Below are positions 1-9,844 of a stretch of 64,000 nucleotides of DNA, in pieces. Position 1 is the first letter of the stretch; each line of letters begins with the position of its first letter. A model generated the notes under the pieces. The model searched no databases, was not told the origin of the DNA, and was given only the letters and a program-made list of their open reading frames with translations. The position numbers and the translations under genes were made by a program. Origin of the DNA: Tissierellales bacterium. GTDB taxonomy: Bacteria > Bacillota > Clostridia > Tissierellales > DATGTQ01. The DNA is taken from the NCBI GenBank assembly GCA_035301805.1, contig DATGTQ010000188.1, positions 16,234 to 80,233 of the forward strand. The letters are read 5' to 3'.

Positions 1-195
1 TATATCTTGAATAGTATTATTTAAAGCATGCCCCAAATGAAGATTACCTGTTACATTTGGTGGTGGCATCATAATAGTATAAGGTTCCCTTTCACGATTT
101 ACATTCGCCTCAAAATATCCATTATCGTTCCAAAAAGAATATATTCTTTCTTCAAAATCTTTTGGATCATATGTTTTTGACAAATTTTCTAACAT
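1..195 (-). CDS. valS: Valyl-tRNA synthetase, N-terminal 65 codons (gene continues past window start)
   Basis: Reverse translation from ATG at 195-193 gives MLENLSKTYDPKDFEERIYSFWNDNGYFEAN..PYTIMMPPPNVTGNLHLGHALNNTIQDI, a class-I HIGH motif in a ValS-type context. GGAGGA RBS at 201-206. T-box leader upstream. Confidence 0.85.
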   Translation of the reverse strand, partial: MLENLSKTYDPKDFEERIYSFWNDNGYFEANVNREREPYTIMMPPPNVTGNLHLGHALNNTIQDI

Positions 196-204
196 GTTCT
201 TCCT

Positions 205-465
205 CCTTTGACAATATTAAAACCCTTCATCCTAATTTTAAGGACGAAGGGTTTCCGTGGTACCACCTTATTTTTATAAATATATATTAAATACATTTAT
301 ACTCTAATTAATATAACGGAATAACCGTTCAAGCCTACCTGCAGTTCAGCTTGAAGACTCAGAAGCTACCTTCAATAAACATTGCCTAAAAAGCCTTTCA
401 GCCTATGGACTTTTTTCTCTAATAGGGTATTTACTTACTCCTCTTCCTCATAGCCTAAATATAAA
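205..465 (-). promoter_or_regulatory. T-box leader with terminator/antiterminator upstream of valS
   Basis: The minus-strand RNA contains AAGGUGGUACCACGGAAAC (plus-strand 253-270), the conserved T-box sequence. It is followed by the terminator hairpin AACCCUUCGUCCU..AGGAUGAAGGGUU (221-253) and a U-run. A candidate specifier loop UAUUGAAGGUAGC sits at 365-377. Confidence 0.8.
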
Positions 466-504
466 ATTGTTAATCCTTATTATATATAAAAGTACCTTCT
501 TTTG

Positions 505-1017
505 TCAATAGCTCAGTAAGTAATTTGTCAAAGCTATTAAATGCAAAAATACCATTAGGTATAAAAATAAGTTATTAATTGCTGGATTTATATTTAATAT
601 TATAAAAAATACAGCTAAATAAAATGAAGCGCTAGCTATTTTACCAAATTTATTTGCTGATACTACTTTTCTATCCTTAAAACAATATAAATAACTTCCT
701 CCTAATAATAGTATGAACTCTTTAATAGCTAATACTAATAAAATCCAAAATGGAATTAATCTCTCACTACTAAGACTTAATAATACAGCAAAAGTAGTTA
801 ATTTATCTGCTATTGGGTCAAGAACAGTTCCCAGTCTAGTAATCATATTATATTTTCTTGCTATGTATCCATCTAATATATCAGTAATACCTGCTATAAT
901 TAGAATTAAAATTGCATATTTTAATTTATTTTCCCCATAAGTATAGAAGACCCATAAATAAATAGGAACAAGTATTATTCTTGCAGTAGTTAATATATTT
1001 GGTATATTCAATTTCAT
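505..1017 (-). CDS. pgsA: CDP-alcohol phosphatidyltransferase (CDP-diacylglycerol--glycerol-3-phosphate 3-phosphatidyltransferase)
   Basis: Motif DGYIARKYNMITRLGTVLDPIADK matches D-G-x2-A-R-x8-G-x3-D-x3-D. Polytopic hydrophobic protein. GGAGA RBS. Confidence 0.85.
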   Translation of the reverse strand: MKLNIPNILTTARIILVPIYLWVFYTYGENKLKYAILILIIAGITDILDGYIARKYNMITRLGTVLDPIADKLTTFAVLLSLSSERLIPFWILLVLAIKEFILLLGGSYLYCFKDRKVVSANKFGKIASASFYLAVFFIILNINPAINNLFLYLMVFLHLIALTNYLLSY

Positions 1018-1121
1018 TCTCCTTTCTATATTTAATAATTTTCTAAAGTAACCTTTTAAATGTATAAGAATATAATGTCAATAATGACATTACTTTATTC
1101 TAAAAATTCAGGAGGGATCCT

Positions 1122-2135
1122 ATGTCAAAATTTTTTAAATTTAGTTCCCTAATACTAGTATTAACATTATTTATAACTTTTACTTTAACAGGGTGCAAAA
1201 AAGATGAATTAAAAACAGTAAGGCTTATAGAAGTTACCCACTCTCTATTTTATACCCCCCAATATATAGCAATAACCCAAGGTTTTTTCGAAGAAGAAGG
1301 TTTAAAAATTGAGCTAACAAATGGAAAGGGTGCTGATAAATGTATGACTGCTTTACTTAGTGGTGAAGCTGATATTGCCTTTATGGGACCTGAAGCTTCT
1401 GTATATGTCTATAATCAAGGTAGAGATGACTATGCAATTAATTTTGCCCAACTTACCCAAAAAGATGGTTCTTTTTTAGTTGCTAGAGAACCAGACCCAG
1501 ATTTTACTTTTGACAAACTTAAAGATAAAACTATTATAGGTGGTAGAAAAGGCGGAATGCCTGAAATGACTTTAGAATATGTATTAAAAAATAATGGCCT
1601 TGATTTAGAAAATGATGTAGATGTAAGAACAGATGTTCAGTTTGATGTAATGGCGGGAGCTTTTATAGGAGGGGAAGGAGATTATGTAACATTATTTGAA
1701 CCTATAGCGGCTAGTTTAGAAAAAGAAGGTAAAGGCTACGTTGTAGCTTCTATTGGAAAAGAGGCTGGATACATTCCTTATACATGCTATTGCACAACTA
1801 AAGATTACATGGAAGATGAAGATGAAATAGTTCAGAGTTTTACAAATGCTATCTATAAAGCTATGCTTTGGGTAGAAAGCCATAGCGTTGAAGAAATCGC
1901 AGAAGCTCTAGAACCACAATTTCCAGATACAGATAAAGAATTACTTATTGCTCTCTTGGAAAGATATAAAGAACAAGATACATGGAAACCAGACCTAATA
2001 CTTACAGAAGAAGGATTAGATCATATGATGGATATAATGGAATTAGCAGGTGAACTAGATAAAAGAGCAGACTATGATGAAATAGTCACCACTAAATTCG
2101 CAAAAGAAGCCATGAAAAATATAAAACCAGATTAA
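1122..2135 (+). CDS. ABC-transporter solute-binding lipoprotein (NMT1/THI5 / SsuA-like family); no permease or ATPase gene adjacent
   Basis: Signal peptide with lipobox LTGC. The body resembles nitrate/sulfonate/bicarbonate-type binding proteins. AGGAGGG RBS. Confidence 0.7.
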   Translation: MSKFFKFSSLILVLTLFITFTLTGCKKDELKTVRLIEVTHSLFYTPQYIAITQGFFEEEGLKIELTNGKGADKCMTALLSGEADIAFMGPEASVYVYNQGRDDYAINFAQLTQKDGSFLVAREPDPDFTFDKLKDKTIIGGRKGGMPEMTLEYVLKNNGLDLENDVDVRTDVQFDVMAGAFIGGEGDYVTLFEPIAASLEKEGKGYVVASIGKEAGYIPYTCYCTTKDYMEDEDEIVQSFTNAIYKAMLWVESHSVEEIAEALEPQFPDTDKELLIALLERYKEQDTWKPDLILTEEGLDHMMDIMELAGELDKRADYDEIVTTKFAKEAMKNIKPD

Positions 2136-2156
2136 CCTGTAAACCACTATGAGCCA

Positions 2157-2206
2157 AAAGACGGTCCTAAGTGACTCACTTACTGAGTCAGTAAGGACCG
2201 TCCTTA
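2157..2206. terminator. Bidirectional intrinsic terminator between the convergent binding-protein gene and trpS
   Basis: Long nested hairpin: gacggtcc (2160-2167) pairs with ggaccgtc (2195-2202), with an inner tgactca/tgagtca stem. Confidence 0.7.
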
Positions 2207-2212
2207 GGTGAT

Positions 2213-3208
2213 TCATCTTGGGATGAATCCAACCTTTTTATAAACTTTTCTTAATGTTTTTATAGCTGCTCTTTCTGCTTTTTCTGCTCCTTGTTTATAT
2301 ATTTCTTCTAAATAATCTTTGTTTTTCATATAATAATCGTGTTTTTCTTGAATAGGCCTTAGTCCTTCTATTATTACTTCTGCTAAATCTCCTTTAAACT
2401 TTCCATATCCACTACCCTGGTATTTACTTTCAATTTCTTTAGCAGTTTCCCCAGTAAAGGCAGAATAAATATTTATTAAGTTTTTAATCCCTGGTTGCTC
2501 ATCTCTATATCTTATTTCTCCATAAGAGTCAGTTATTGCTCTTTTCATTTTTCTATTTATAACATCTGGTTTATCTAATAAAAGTATATAACCATTGTCA
2601 TTATCATCAGATTTAGACATTTTAGCTTCTGGGTTTTGGAGGCTCATTATTCTTGCTCCAACCTTTTTAATTAATGGTTCTGGCACTCTAAATGTATCGC
2701 TATATTTATTATTAAACCTTTCAGCTAAATCTCTAGCCAATTCTACATGTTGTTTTTGGTCTTCTCCTACTGGTACACAGTCTGCTTGATATAAAAGAAT
2801 ATCTGAAGCCATAAGTACAGGGTAAGTAAATAATCCTGCATTTATATTTTCTTCATTTTTTTGGGACTTTTCTTTAAACTGAGTCATTCTACTTAACTGT
2901 CCCATATAAGATATAGTATTTAATACCCAACCAAGTTCTACATGGGCACTTACATGAGATTGAATGAATATAGTAGATTTTTCTGGATCTAACCCACAAG
3001 CCAGATATAAGGCTAATAAATTCAAGGTATTTTTTCTTAAATCCTTTGGTACTTGAGGAACAGTTATAGCATGAAGATCTACTATAGAATAAAAACATTT
3101 ATATTCATCTTGAAAATCGATCCAGTTTCTAATGGCCCCTATATAATTGCCAATTGTTGATGCCCCAGATGGTTGCACTCCACTAAATATTACTTTTTTA
3201 TTTCCCAT
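2213..3208 (-). CDS. trpS: Tryptophanyl-tRNA synthetase
   Basis: N-terminus KKVIFSGVQPSGASTIGNYIGA and a KMSKS motif (AKMSKSD). 331 aa. Trp-specific T-box upstream. Confidence 0.95.
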   Translation of the reverse strand: MGNKKVIFSGVQPSGASTIGNYIGAIRNWIDFQDEYKCFYSIVDLHAITVPQVPKDLRKNTLNLLALYLACGLDPEKSTIFIQSHVSAHVELGWVLNTISYMGQLSRMTQFKEKSQKNEENINAGLFTYPVLMASDILLYQADCVPVGEDQKQHVELARDLAERFNNKYSDTFRVPEPLIKKVGARIMSLQNPEAKMSKSDDNDNGYILLLDKPDVINRKMKRAITDSYGEIRYRDEQPGIKNLINIYSAFTGETAKEIESKYQGSGYGKFKGDLAEVIIEGLRPIQEKHDYYMKNKDYLEEIYKQGAEKAERAAIKTLRKVYKKVGFIPR

Positions 3209-3214
3209 TTTAAA

Positions 3215-3460
3215 TCCTCCCTCTTTAAATTACTCTATCGATAAAATAAAAAACCTTTCATCTCAAAATTTAGAGACGAAAGGTTCGTTTCCGCGGTACC
3301 ACTCTAGTTGGCTTAAAAGCCACTTCTACCCTTTAACGATGATAAGTCGTAAAATCCTACTTAAGTTCAGACTTTCACTCCCAAGTCCATTCAATATAAG
3401 AGTATCACTAGGTTCTCACTTTTCCTAGCTCACTATAGACCTTTCTTATATTTACTACTC
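3215..3460 (-). promoter_or_regulatory. T-box leader, Trp specifier (UGG)
   Basis: The minus-strand RNA has AGAGUGGUACCGCGGAAAC (plus-strand 3290-3305). The terminator is AACCUUUCGUCUC..GAGAUGAAAGGUU followed by a U-run. The specifier loop UAUUGAA-UGG-A has its UGG at plus-strand 3387-3389. Confidence 0.9.
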
Positions 3461-3702
3461 TTAGTCATGGTTTTAAATATTCTATTAATATACATTATAT
3501 ACAAAAATCTATAATTGTAAATAGCTATTTACCCTAAAGTTTCTCATCTTATCACAAATCTTTCACTGTAACATGCTTTAAAAGTTATCTTCTAACCTAT
3601 CCTCTAACCTATGGAAACCTGTTTTGAAAATATTATAATCATTTTTAAAACTTTAACTGCCTACCATATTAAATCACATATCCATATTAAAATGAAGCAT
3701 AA

Positions 3703-5514
3703 TTAAAGATACATATTTGCCATAACCATATATACGTGACCTAATGGGCCATTATTTATATCTCTACCAAAAGTATATATTATTTCTTCCACCCTATCTA
3801 TAAACTCCCTATTACTAGTTATATTGTATAATTTTATCATGTTTAAAGCTGCAATAGAATTTCCAGAAGGAGTAGCCCCATCATAGGCATCCTTAGGCCT
3901 TAATACTAATTCCTCTGAAATATTACTATAATAAAATAACCCTCCTCTCTTTTCATCCCAAAATAAATTTAGCATGTCATCATTAAGTTTTTCTCCAATT
4001 TTTAAATAAACTAAATCTTTTGTAACATTATAAAGCACTAGTAAACCATAAATAAAAAATGTATAATCTTCTAACAACCCATAGTTATAACTTTCACCAT
4101 CTACATAGGTAGATAGCAATCTTCCATCTTTATCTATAGAATTAGTTATTATAAAATCGGCTGCCTTCTTAGCTTTATTTATATAATCTTCATTCCCAAA
4201 TACTTTTCCCCCATAGGCTAAAGCACTAATCATAATACCATTCCAAGAAGTTAATATCTTTTCATCCCTATGAGGATAGATTCTTTTCTCCCTATATGAA
4301 AACAATTTCTGTCTCAGCTCTTCCAAATGTCTTTTATCTTTATCATCAATAGATTCAATATCATATCCAATTAAATTAGGTAGGTTTTTACCTTCAAAAT
4401 TTCCTTCTTTAGTTATATCATAATGATTACAATAAAATTCTCCATCTTCCTTACCTAATACATCAATAATTTCATCATAATTAAATACATAAAACTTGCC
4501 CTCTTCTCCTTCTGTTTCTGCATCTAATGCAGAGAAAAAAGCCCCTTCTTTAGAAATCATTTCCCTAATTACAAAATCAAATATTTTTTCTGCTACCTCT
4601 TTGTAAAGTAGTTCTTTCGTAAGTTCATAAGCTTTAATATAAGTTATAGCCAATAATCCATTATCATAAAGCATTTTTTCAAAATGAGGAACTAACCATT
4701 TTTCATCTACTGAATATCTACAAAACCCATAACCTATATGGTCAAATATACCACCTTTATATATGCTTTCTAAGGTGTTCTTGGCCATTTTTTTGGCTTC
4801 TTCATCATCATACTTATGACCATATTCTAAAAGAAAAAGAATATATTGAGGCATAGGAAATTTTGGTCTATATCCAAAACCTCCATTCCTTTTATCAAAT
4901 ATACTTAATAGTCCTTCCTTAGTATCCTTAAATATATCTTCCTTCACATCTCCACTAGAATAAGAAATAAAATGTTCCTTGACTTTTTCAGTAATATTAC
5001 TACTTTCTATCATTAATTTTTCTTTATCTATTCTCCATATTTCTGCCGACTTTTCCAATAGCTCTATTAGGCCATTAAGTTGTCCTTTAGATCTTTTGGG
5101 AAAATAGGTTCCTACAAAAAAAGGTTTAGTATCAGGAGTCAATAATAAATTTAATGGCCAACCACCACTACCAGTAATAGCATCAGAAAAAGTCATATAA
5201 ACTTTATCAATATCTGGCTTTTCTTCTCTATCCACTTTAATAGGGACAAAATACTTATTTAATATTTCTCCTACTTCTTCATCTTGAAAAGATTCTCTAT
5301 TCATATTATGGCACCATCTACAAGTAGAGTAGCCAATACTTAAAAAAATTAGCTTATCCTCTTCCCTTGCTTTATTTAAGGCCTCTTTTCCCCAAGGATA
5401 CCATTGCACTGGATTATAAGCATGTTGAAGAAGATATGGTGATTTTTCATTTATTAATTTATTCGGGGCTTTATTATTCTCTATATTCATAAACTCAAAT
5501 CCTTTCTCTTCCAT
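3703..5514 (-). CDS. Thioredoxin-domain protein of the YyaL/DUF255 family (N-terminal thioredoxin-like domain plus alpha/alpha-toroid domain)
   Basis: N-terminal [37 protein letters not shown], typical of this family. The start is more likely the second ATG at 5490 (MNIENN), which has an AAAGGA RBS; the first ATG has none. Confidence 0.8.
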   Translation of the reverse strand: MEEKGFEFMNIENNKAPNKLINEKSPYLLQHAYNPVQWYPWGKEALNKAREEDKLIFLSIGYSTCRWCHNMNRESFQDEEVGEILNKYFVPIKVDREEKPDIDKVYMTFSDAITGSGGWPLNLLLTPDTKPFFVGTYFPKRSKGQLNGLIELLEKSAEIWRIDKEKLMIESSNITEKVKEHFISYSSGDVKEDIFKDTKEGLLSIFDKRNGGFGYRPKFPMPQYILFLLEYGHKYDDEEAKKMAKNTLESIYKGGIFDHIGYGFCRYSVDEKWLVPHFEKMLYDNGLLAITYIKAYELTKELLYKEVAEKIFDFVIREMISKEGAFFSALDAETEGEEGKFYVFNYDEIIDVLGKEDGEFYCNHYDITKEGNFEGKNLPNLIGYDIESIDDKDKRHLEELRQKLFSYREKRIYPHRDEKILTSWNGIMISALAYGGKVFGNEDYINKAKKAADFIITNSIDKDGRLLSTYVDGESYNYGLLEDYTFFIYGLLVLYNVTKDLVYLKIGEKLNDDMLNLFWDEKRGGLFYYSNISEELVLRPKDAYDGATPSGNSIAALNMIKLYNITSNREFIDRVEEIIYTFGRDINNGPLGHVYMVMANMYL

Positions 5515-5671
5515 TTATAATGTATTTTACCCATAATAATGGATATATATGCTAAAACCCATATTATATATCATTTATAAATTAGTATACTAGATACCAA
5601 TATTTAGTTGTTTCTAATATTGACAACAACATTTTATATAATGCAATAAAGTCAAATAATCATAATAAAAT

Positions 5672-5750
5672 ATTCTATCGATTGCGTAAGCATTAATAGG
5701 GAACAAGGTGAGAGTCCTTAACATCCCCGCTACTGTAAAAGCTACGATAA
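5672..5750 (+). promoter_or_regulatory. Cobalamin riboswitch, 5' half only (truncated)
   Basis: AATAGGGAACAAGGTGAGAGTCC (5695-5717) and CCCCGCTACTGTAA (5725-5738) match the conserved cobalamin-riboswitch core. The expected downstream GCCACTG B12 box and expression platform are absent. Confidence 0.6.
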
Positions 5751-5763
5751 CCTATTCGTATCA

Positions 5764-6090
5764 ATGAAACATAATGTTTTGGCTAAAATATTTAAAAAAC
5801 TTCAACAAAAAGGAGTCACTATAGTAATGGTTACCCACGATATTGAATTTTGTGCTGAATACTTTGATAAATCTGCCATGCTATTTGATGGGACTGTTAT
5901 TTCACAAGGTACTCCTAGGGAACTTTTTAGTGTCAATAGCTTTTATACTACAGCTTCCAACCGAATGTCTAAACATTTATTTAAAAATGCAATAATATGT
6001 GAGGATGTGATTCAGCTATGCCCACAAAATATGATCCAGAACGCTATAGGTTATCCCATAAAAAACGAACTATTTTATCGGCCTTTATAA
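5764..6090 (+). pseudogene. 3' fragment of an ECF/ABC-transporter ATPase gene (C-terminal ~100 aa only)
   Basis: VTIVMVTHDIEFCAEYFDKSAMLFDGTVISQGTPRELF covers the H-loop and C-terminal region of an ABC ATPase. No Walker A, Q-loop or signature motif lies upstream; the riboswitch fragment abuts it directly. Confidence 0.7.
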
Positions 6091-6383
6091 TATTTATTAT
6101 TATTTCTATTACTATATTTATAGGAATAAAGTATCTAAATGATAAATTATACAAACTTATAGGTCTACTTATAATCCTTTACACTATGTTACCTTTTTTC
6201 ATGGGCTTTGAAAAAAGACGTCCAAAGGCTAGAGAGTTAGTAATAATAGCCGTACTTTATGTATCAGTGGTACCTTATGACACGGTTCACAGCCTAGACA
6301 CAGCATTCTTCATGTTTGTATTTGGAGAAAAAATGATAAGTAAAATGGAAAAAGTGAAGATTAAATATAGATTATATGTTTAG
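6018..6383 (+). pseudogene. Truncated ECF-transporter S-component-like membrane protein
   Basis: The first ~85 aa (..LLIILYTMLPFFMGFEKRRPKARELVIIAVL) look like the S component that follows double-ATPase ECF genes. The remainder is non-hydrophobic and unrelated, and the ORF is only 121 aa. Confidence 0.5.
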
Positions 6384-6388
6384 TAAAT

Positions 6389-6421
6389 AAAAAATCTCAT
6401 GCTATTCACATGAGATTTTTT
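6389..6421. terminator. Bidirectional intrinsic terminator
   Basis: aaaaatctcatg..catgagattttt hairpin flanked by A and T runs, between convergent ORFs. Confidence 0.75.
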
Positions 6422-7367
6422 ATTTCTCTAAAGCAGTATCAATAAACTTATACAATCTATCTATATATTCTTCTCTATTATTCTTAAAACTTTCACCATG
6501 CCCCGCATTTTCTGCCAGGTACACATCCTTTAACCCCTTATTCTTTGAATTAAACAACTCTTTACACATGGAAACAGGTACAAGCTCATCCTTTTTACCA
6601 TGAATAAACATTATTGGTGTAGTAACATTTTTTACAGACTCTTTAGGAGAAACATCACTGTATTTAAAATCAGATTTTATTTTTGTTGCTAAACTTGCAT
6701 AAAAAGCGAAAAAGCGTGATGGTATAGTCAGATCTCCCTTATCTGCAACATAAATAAATTCATCTTTTAAATCAGAATATGCACAATCGGATACATAAAA
6801 TTTTACATTTTTAGAATCCTCATTAATTTCCGAGTGTAAAAGAGCAGTTGCTGCCCCCATAGATCTACCGTGAACTCCAAGATTTCCACCAGGATTTCTC
6901 TTAGCTATATATTCTACCCATTCATCCAAGTCGTATTTTTCAAAATGACCAAAAGTTGTATCCTCTCCCCCACTTTCACCATTATTTCTTGAATCATATA
7001 GCAACACATTAAAATTTTTTTCTAAGTAAACCCTAGCTGTAGAAAGCATACTTCTTCTAGTTCTCATTAGTCCATGTACTAATATCACTGTATCTTTAGT
7101 TTCTTTTGGATTTTTTATATATGTGCCACTTAATTTATAACCTTGTTTTGTCTCTATATTAACATTCTCTTCTTTATATAATCTATTTTTATTTGTATTT
7201 AATACTTCAGACACTAGTTGATTACCCTCAGGCTTTACCCCTCGTCTTAAACACATTTGTTTATGACAAAATCCTCCTATAGATAATCCTATGAAGTTAA
7301 CTATCATAAAAGCTATTAAAAAAAAAGTTAGAAAAACTTTTAATTTAGATTTATTCTTCATAAACAC
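6420..7367 (-). CDS. Membrane-anchored alpha/beta hydrolase
   Basis: N-terminal TM helix. Nucleophile elbow GRSMGA (G-x-S-x-G), plus distal D and H (AGHGE). The probable true start is the ATG at 7361, 8 nt after an AAGGGAG RBS. Confidence 0.8.
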   Translation of the reverse strand: MFMKNKSKLKVFLTFFLIAFMIVNFIGLSIGGFCHKQMCLRRGVKPEGNQLVSEVLNTNKNRLYKEENVNIETKQGYKLSGTYIKNPKETKDTVILVHGLMRTRRSMLSTARVYLEKNFNVLLYDSRNNGESGGEDTTFGHFEKYDLDEWVEYIAKRNPGGNLGVHGRSMGAATALLHSEINEDSKNVKFYVSDCAYSDLKDEFIYVADKGDLTIPSRFFAFYASLATKIKSDFKYSDVSPKESVKNVTTPIMFIHGKKDELVPVSMCKELFNSKNKGLKDVYLAENAGHGESFKNNREEYIDRLYKFIDTALEK

Positions 7368-7638
7368 ATCTCCCTTACATAAAGCTTAGCTTGGGTAATT
7401 TTTATTTTACCTAGGCAGTCAATATTTAAATAATATCTTGCACTAAAAGTTTTCCCTTGATTTTTATTTTAAGTCTTTCAGTTTTAGGCAATGAAAACAT
7501 ATATATGCTATATATTATTTTTATTCATATTGCACCTATTTAAGCAAGTCTAATGTTCCAATTATAGTATATGGTCCCTTATTATTGAAATATCTAACTA
7601 AAAAATTCAATTTTAATTTTAACTATACTATATATTAT

Positions 7639-7821
7639 TTAGAATAGTATTCTAGTATCATCACTAGTCAAAATAGAGATATGCTTATAAATATTCTCTG
7701 CTGAAATCTCTTCAAAAATATTTTTGTGAATAGACTCTGCTGCTACTATAGATGATGTAGTAAAAATAAAAATTAGTAATATGAATATAATACTCAGTTT
7801 AAACTTTTTCTTATTTAACAT
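7639..7821 (-). pseudogene. Isolated signal-peptide stub, possibly the N-terminus of an M28-type peptidase
   Basis: 60-aa ORF: a signal peptide followed by ENIYKHISILTSDD, which resembles the start of M28 aminopeptidases. It then stops, with no continuing ORF downstream. Confidence 0.3.
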
Positions 7822-8146
7822 TTTATTTCCCCCTTTATGTTTTATAAAATTACATCAAGATAAAGGTGAAATATCCGTCAAGACTTGTAATTCCCTAAGA
7901 ATTTCTCAGCAACAAACTACATAATTCTTATATTATTATTCCATTGATATATTACTTTCTACACATTTAAACTGCTAAATCTCAATAAAAGAATTAATAA
8001 ATTTTCTATCTCAAAATTATTTGTGAACGCTAAAGTTTATATAAGTTAACCCTCTCTTATGTCTTTTTCTACTTATTTATGCTTCAGCAAGAACACTTAA
8101 AAAGACAAGTCTTTCGACTCGTCTTTAATATATTTATTTAATACAC

Positions 8147-8212
8147 TTATTTAATTATTCCTTTTCCAGTACCATCAATTAAAATTCCATTTTTAAATGC
8201 AATTTTCCTCAT
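8147..8212 (-). pseudogene. 21-codon N-terminal stub of an amidohydrolase-family gene
   Basis: MRKIAFKNGILIDGTGKGIIK* preceded by an AAGGGA RBS. A minus-strand terminator hairpin follows at 8101-8126. Confidence 0.4.
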
Positions 8213-8255
8213 TTACTTGTCCCTTATGTTAAATTTTCCTAATAGTCCATAGGCA

Positions 8256-9740
8256 TTATATCATAAAATCAAAAAAATATGCTAGTATAGATAAAAACTT
8301 TATTATAATCATTTTTAGGACTGTAGGCTTTTTTGCTTCTATATTTGGATCTTCTATATATGAATAATCTTTCCCCACCATTAAACTTTGATCAATTTGA
8401 TTTTTAATTTCTTCTTTAAAATGTTCCGCAAATTCTTCACCATCAATAACAACCATAGTTTCTGTACTTAAATAGGCACTTCTCCCATCTACATTAAAAG
8501 AACCTACCAGACTAACTCGCTCATCAAAAATATAGGATTTAGCATGTATAGACTCGGTCCCCTGGTATTCATACAAATTTATTCCCGCATCTACTACATC
8601 TTTTCGTCGCAGCATAGTCCCAGCCGTACCCATAAGATTAGGATTGGTTGTAAGGGAGTTAGTTAATATATCTGCCTTTTCCGGCAAATCATTTTTAATG
8701 TTAATATGTTTTAGCATTTTATTAGTTGGTACAATGTATGGGCTTTGAATAAATATTGATTTCTCAGCTGCCTTTCCTAGATTTGTAATATCATACCAAC
8801 ACCAAGGTTCTTTATTAAACCTTTCAATAGGATTATGTATCAAAGTAACTTTATTAGTCGGATAAGAGATTTCTCTCCAATCAAAAGGATGATTAAACAT
8901 TTCTTCTTCTGTTTCTTTTAATTTACTAATATAATTTTTTAACCATTTAGCTTTTTCTTCTCCTTTTTTCTTTTGTCCTTTTCTAATCCTTTTTAAAGGC
9001 AATTTTGAAAATTTACAGTTCCATGTTTTATTAAAATACTCTTTCATTTCTCCAATAACACTATTAGATATATTTTCTTTCTTTGTGTTTAATATAACTA
9101 CATCTCTATCATTTGTAACAAGTTCACCATTTTCTTCTTTAGTAAAATATCTATCTCCTATATTTCTACCACCAATCATAGCCAGTTCATTATCTACAAT
9201 AATAATTTTATCATGAAGCCTATTGTTCCATGTCCATGGTTTAAACACATTTAAAGGTTCATATAATTTAAGTTGAATATTTGGATGATTATAACAGACA
9301 TAGATAATATCTTTCATATCATCTTTTAAATTATGAAATATTCCATCTAGTAGAACCCTGACCTTTACACCTTTATCGGCAGCATTTATAATAGAACCCC
9401 AAAATATATCAGCAGATACACCTTTTTCTATTGTATAGTAAGATATATCTATAGTTTCCTGAGCATTTTCAATAAGGTTAATTCGAGCAAGTCCAGATTC
9501 ATATCTATCCTCTACTAATGCAACTCTATCTTGACCAAGTCCTTTTCCCCAGAACCTATCAACTGGGTGAGTCTCTCTATAATTGCTTACATTATGCTTA
9601 TAAAAAGCGAAAATTACTACTCCAAAAATAAAAGCATATAATATATATATTTTAATAATAACTGGTATTAATTGTATCATCTTTTTAACCTTACCTAGTA
9701 TTTTACTATTTTTAATACTTTCTTTAATATAAATACCCAT
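8256..9740 (-). CDS. Phospholipase D / cardiolipin synthase-like protein with N-terminal TM anchor
   Basis: Two HKD motifs: RLHDKIIIVDNELAMIGGRNIGDRY and SIHAKSYIFDERVSLVGSFNVDGRS. Confidence 0.85.
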   Translation of the reverse strand: MGIYIKESIKNSKILGKVKKMIQLIPVIIKIYILYAFIFGVVIFAFYKHNVSNYRETHPVDRFWGKGLGQDRVALVEDRYESGLARINLIENAQETIDISYYTIEKGVSADIFWGSIINAADKGVKVRVLLDGIFHNLKDDMKDIIYVCYNHPNIQLKLYEPLNVFKPWTWNNRLHDKIIIVDNELAMIGGRNIGDRYFTKEENGELVTNDRDVVILNTKKENISNSVIGEMKEYFNKTWNCKFSKLPLKRIRKGQKKKGEEKAKWLKNYISKLKETEEEMFNHPFDWREISYPTNKVTLIHNPIERFNKEPWCWYDITNLGKAAEKSIFIQSPYIVPTNKMLKHINIKNDLPEKADILTNSLTTNPNLMGTAGTMLRRKDVVDAGINLYEYQGTESIHAKSYIFDERVSLVGSFNVDGRSAYLSTETMVVIDGEEFAEHFKEEIKNQIDQSLMVGKDYSYIEDPNIEAKKPTVLKMIIIKFLSILAYFFDFMI

Positions 9741-9844
9741 TGTCTTTTATATACGCCTCTTTCAATTAATAATTTATATTCTATTATATTGGAATCTAAT
9801 TCAACTATGAACTTATTAGATAAGATATAAGAATTGCTGTTATT

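Noticed and set aside
3147-3428. 93-aa plus-strand ORF spanning the trpS start and its leader.
   Set aside because: It overlaps the Trp T-box leader and terminator on the opposite strand. It has no RBS, and its product has no recognisable features.
3591-3612. Tandem direct repeat tctaacctat-cc-tctaacctat in the trpS/yyaL-like intergenic region.
   Set aside because: There are only two short copies, and I saw no further copies in the window. It could arise by chance in AT-rich intergenic DNA.
5620-5642. TTGACA and TATAAT hexamers upstream of the cobalamin riboswitch fragment.
   Set aside because: The spacer is only 11 nt, far from the functional 16-18 nt. I did not call it a promoter.
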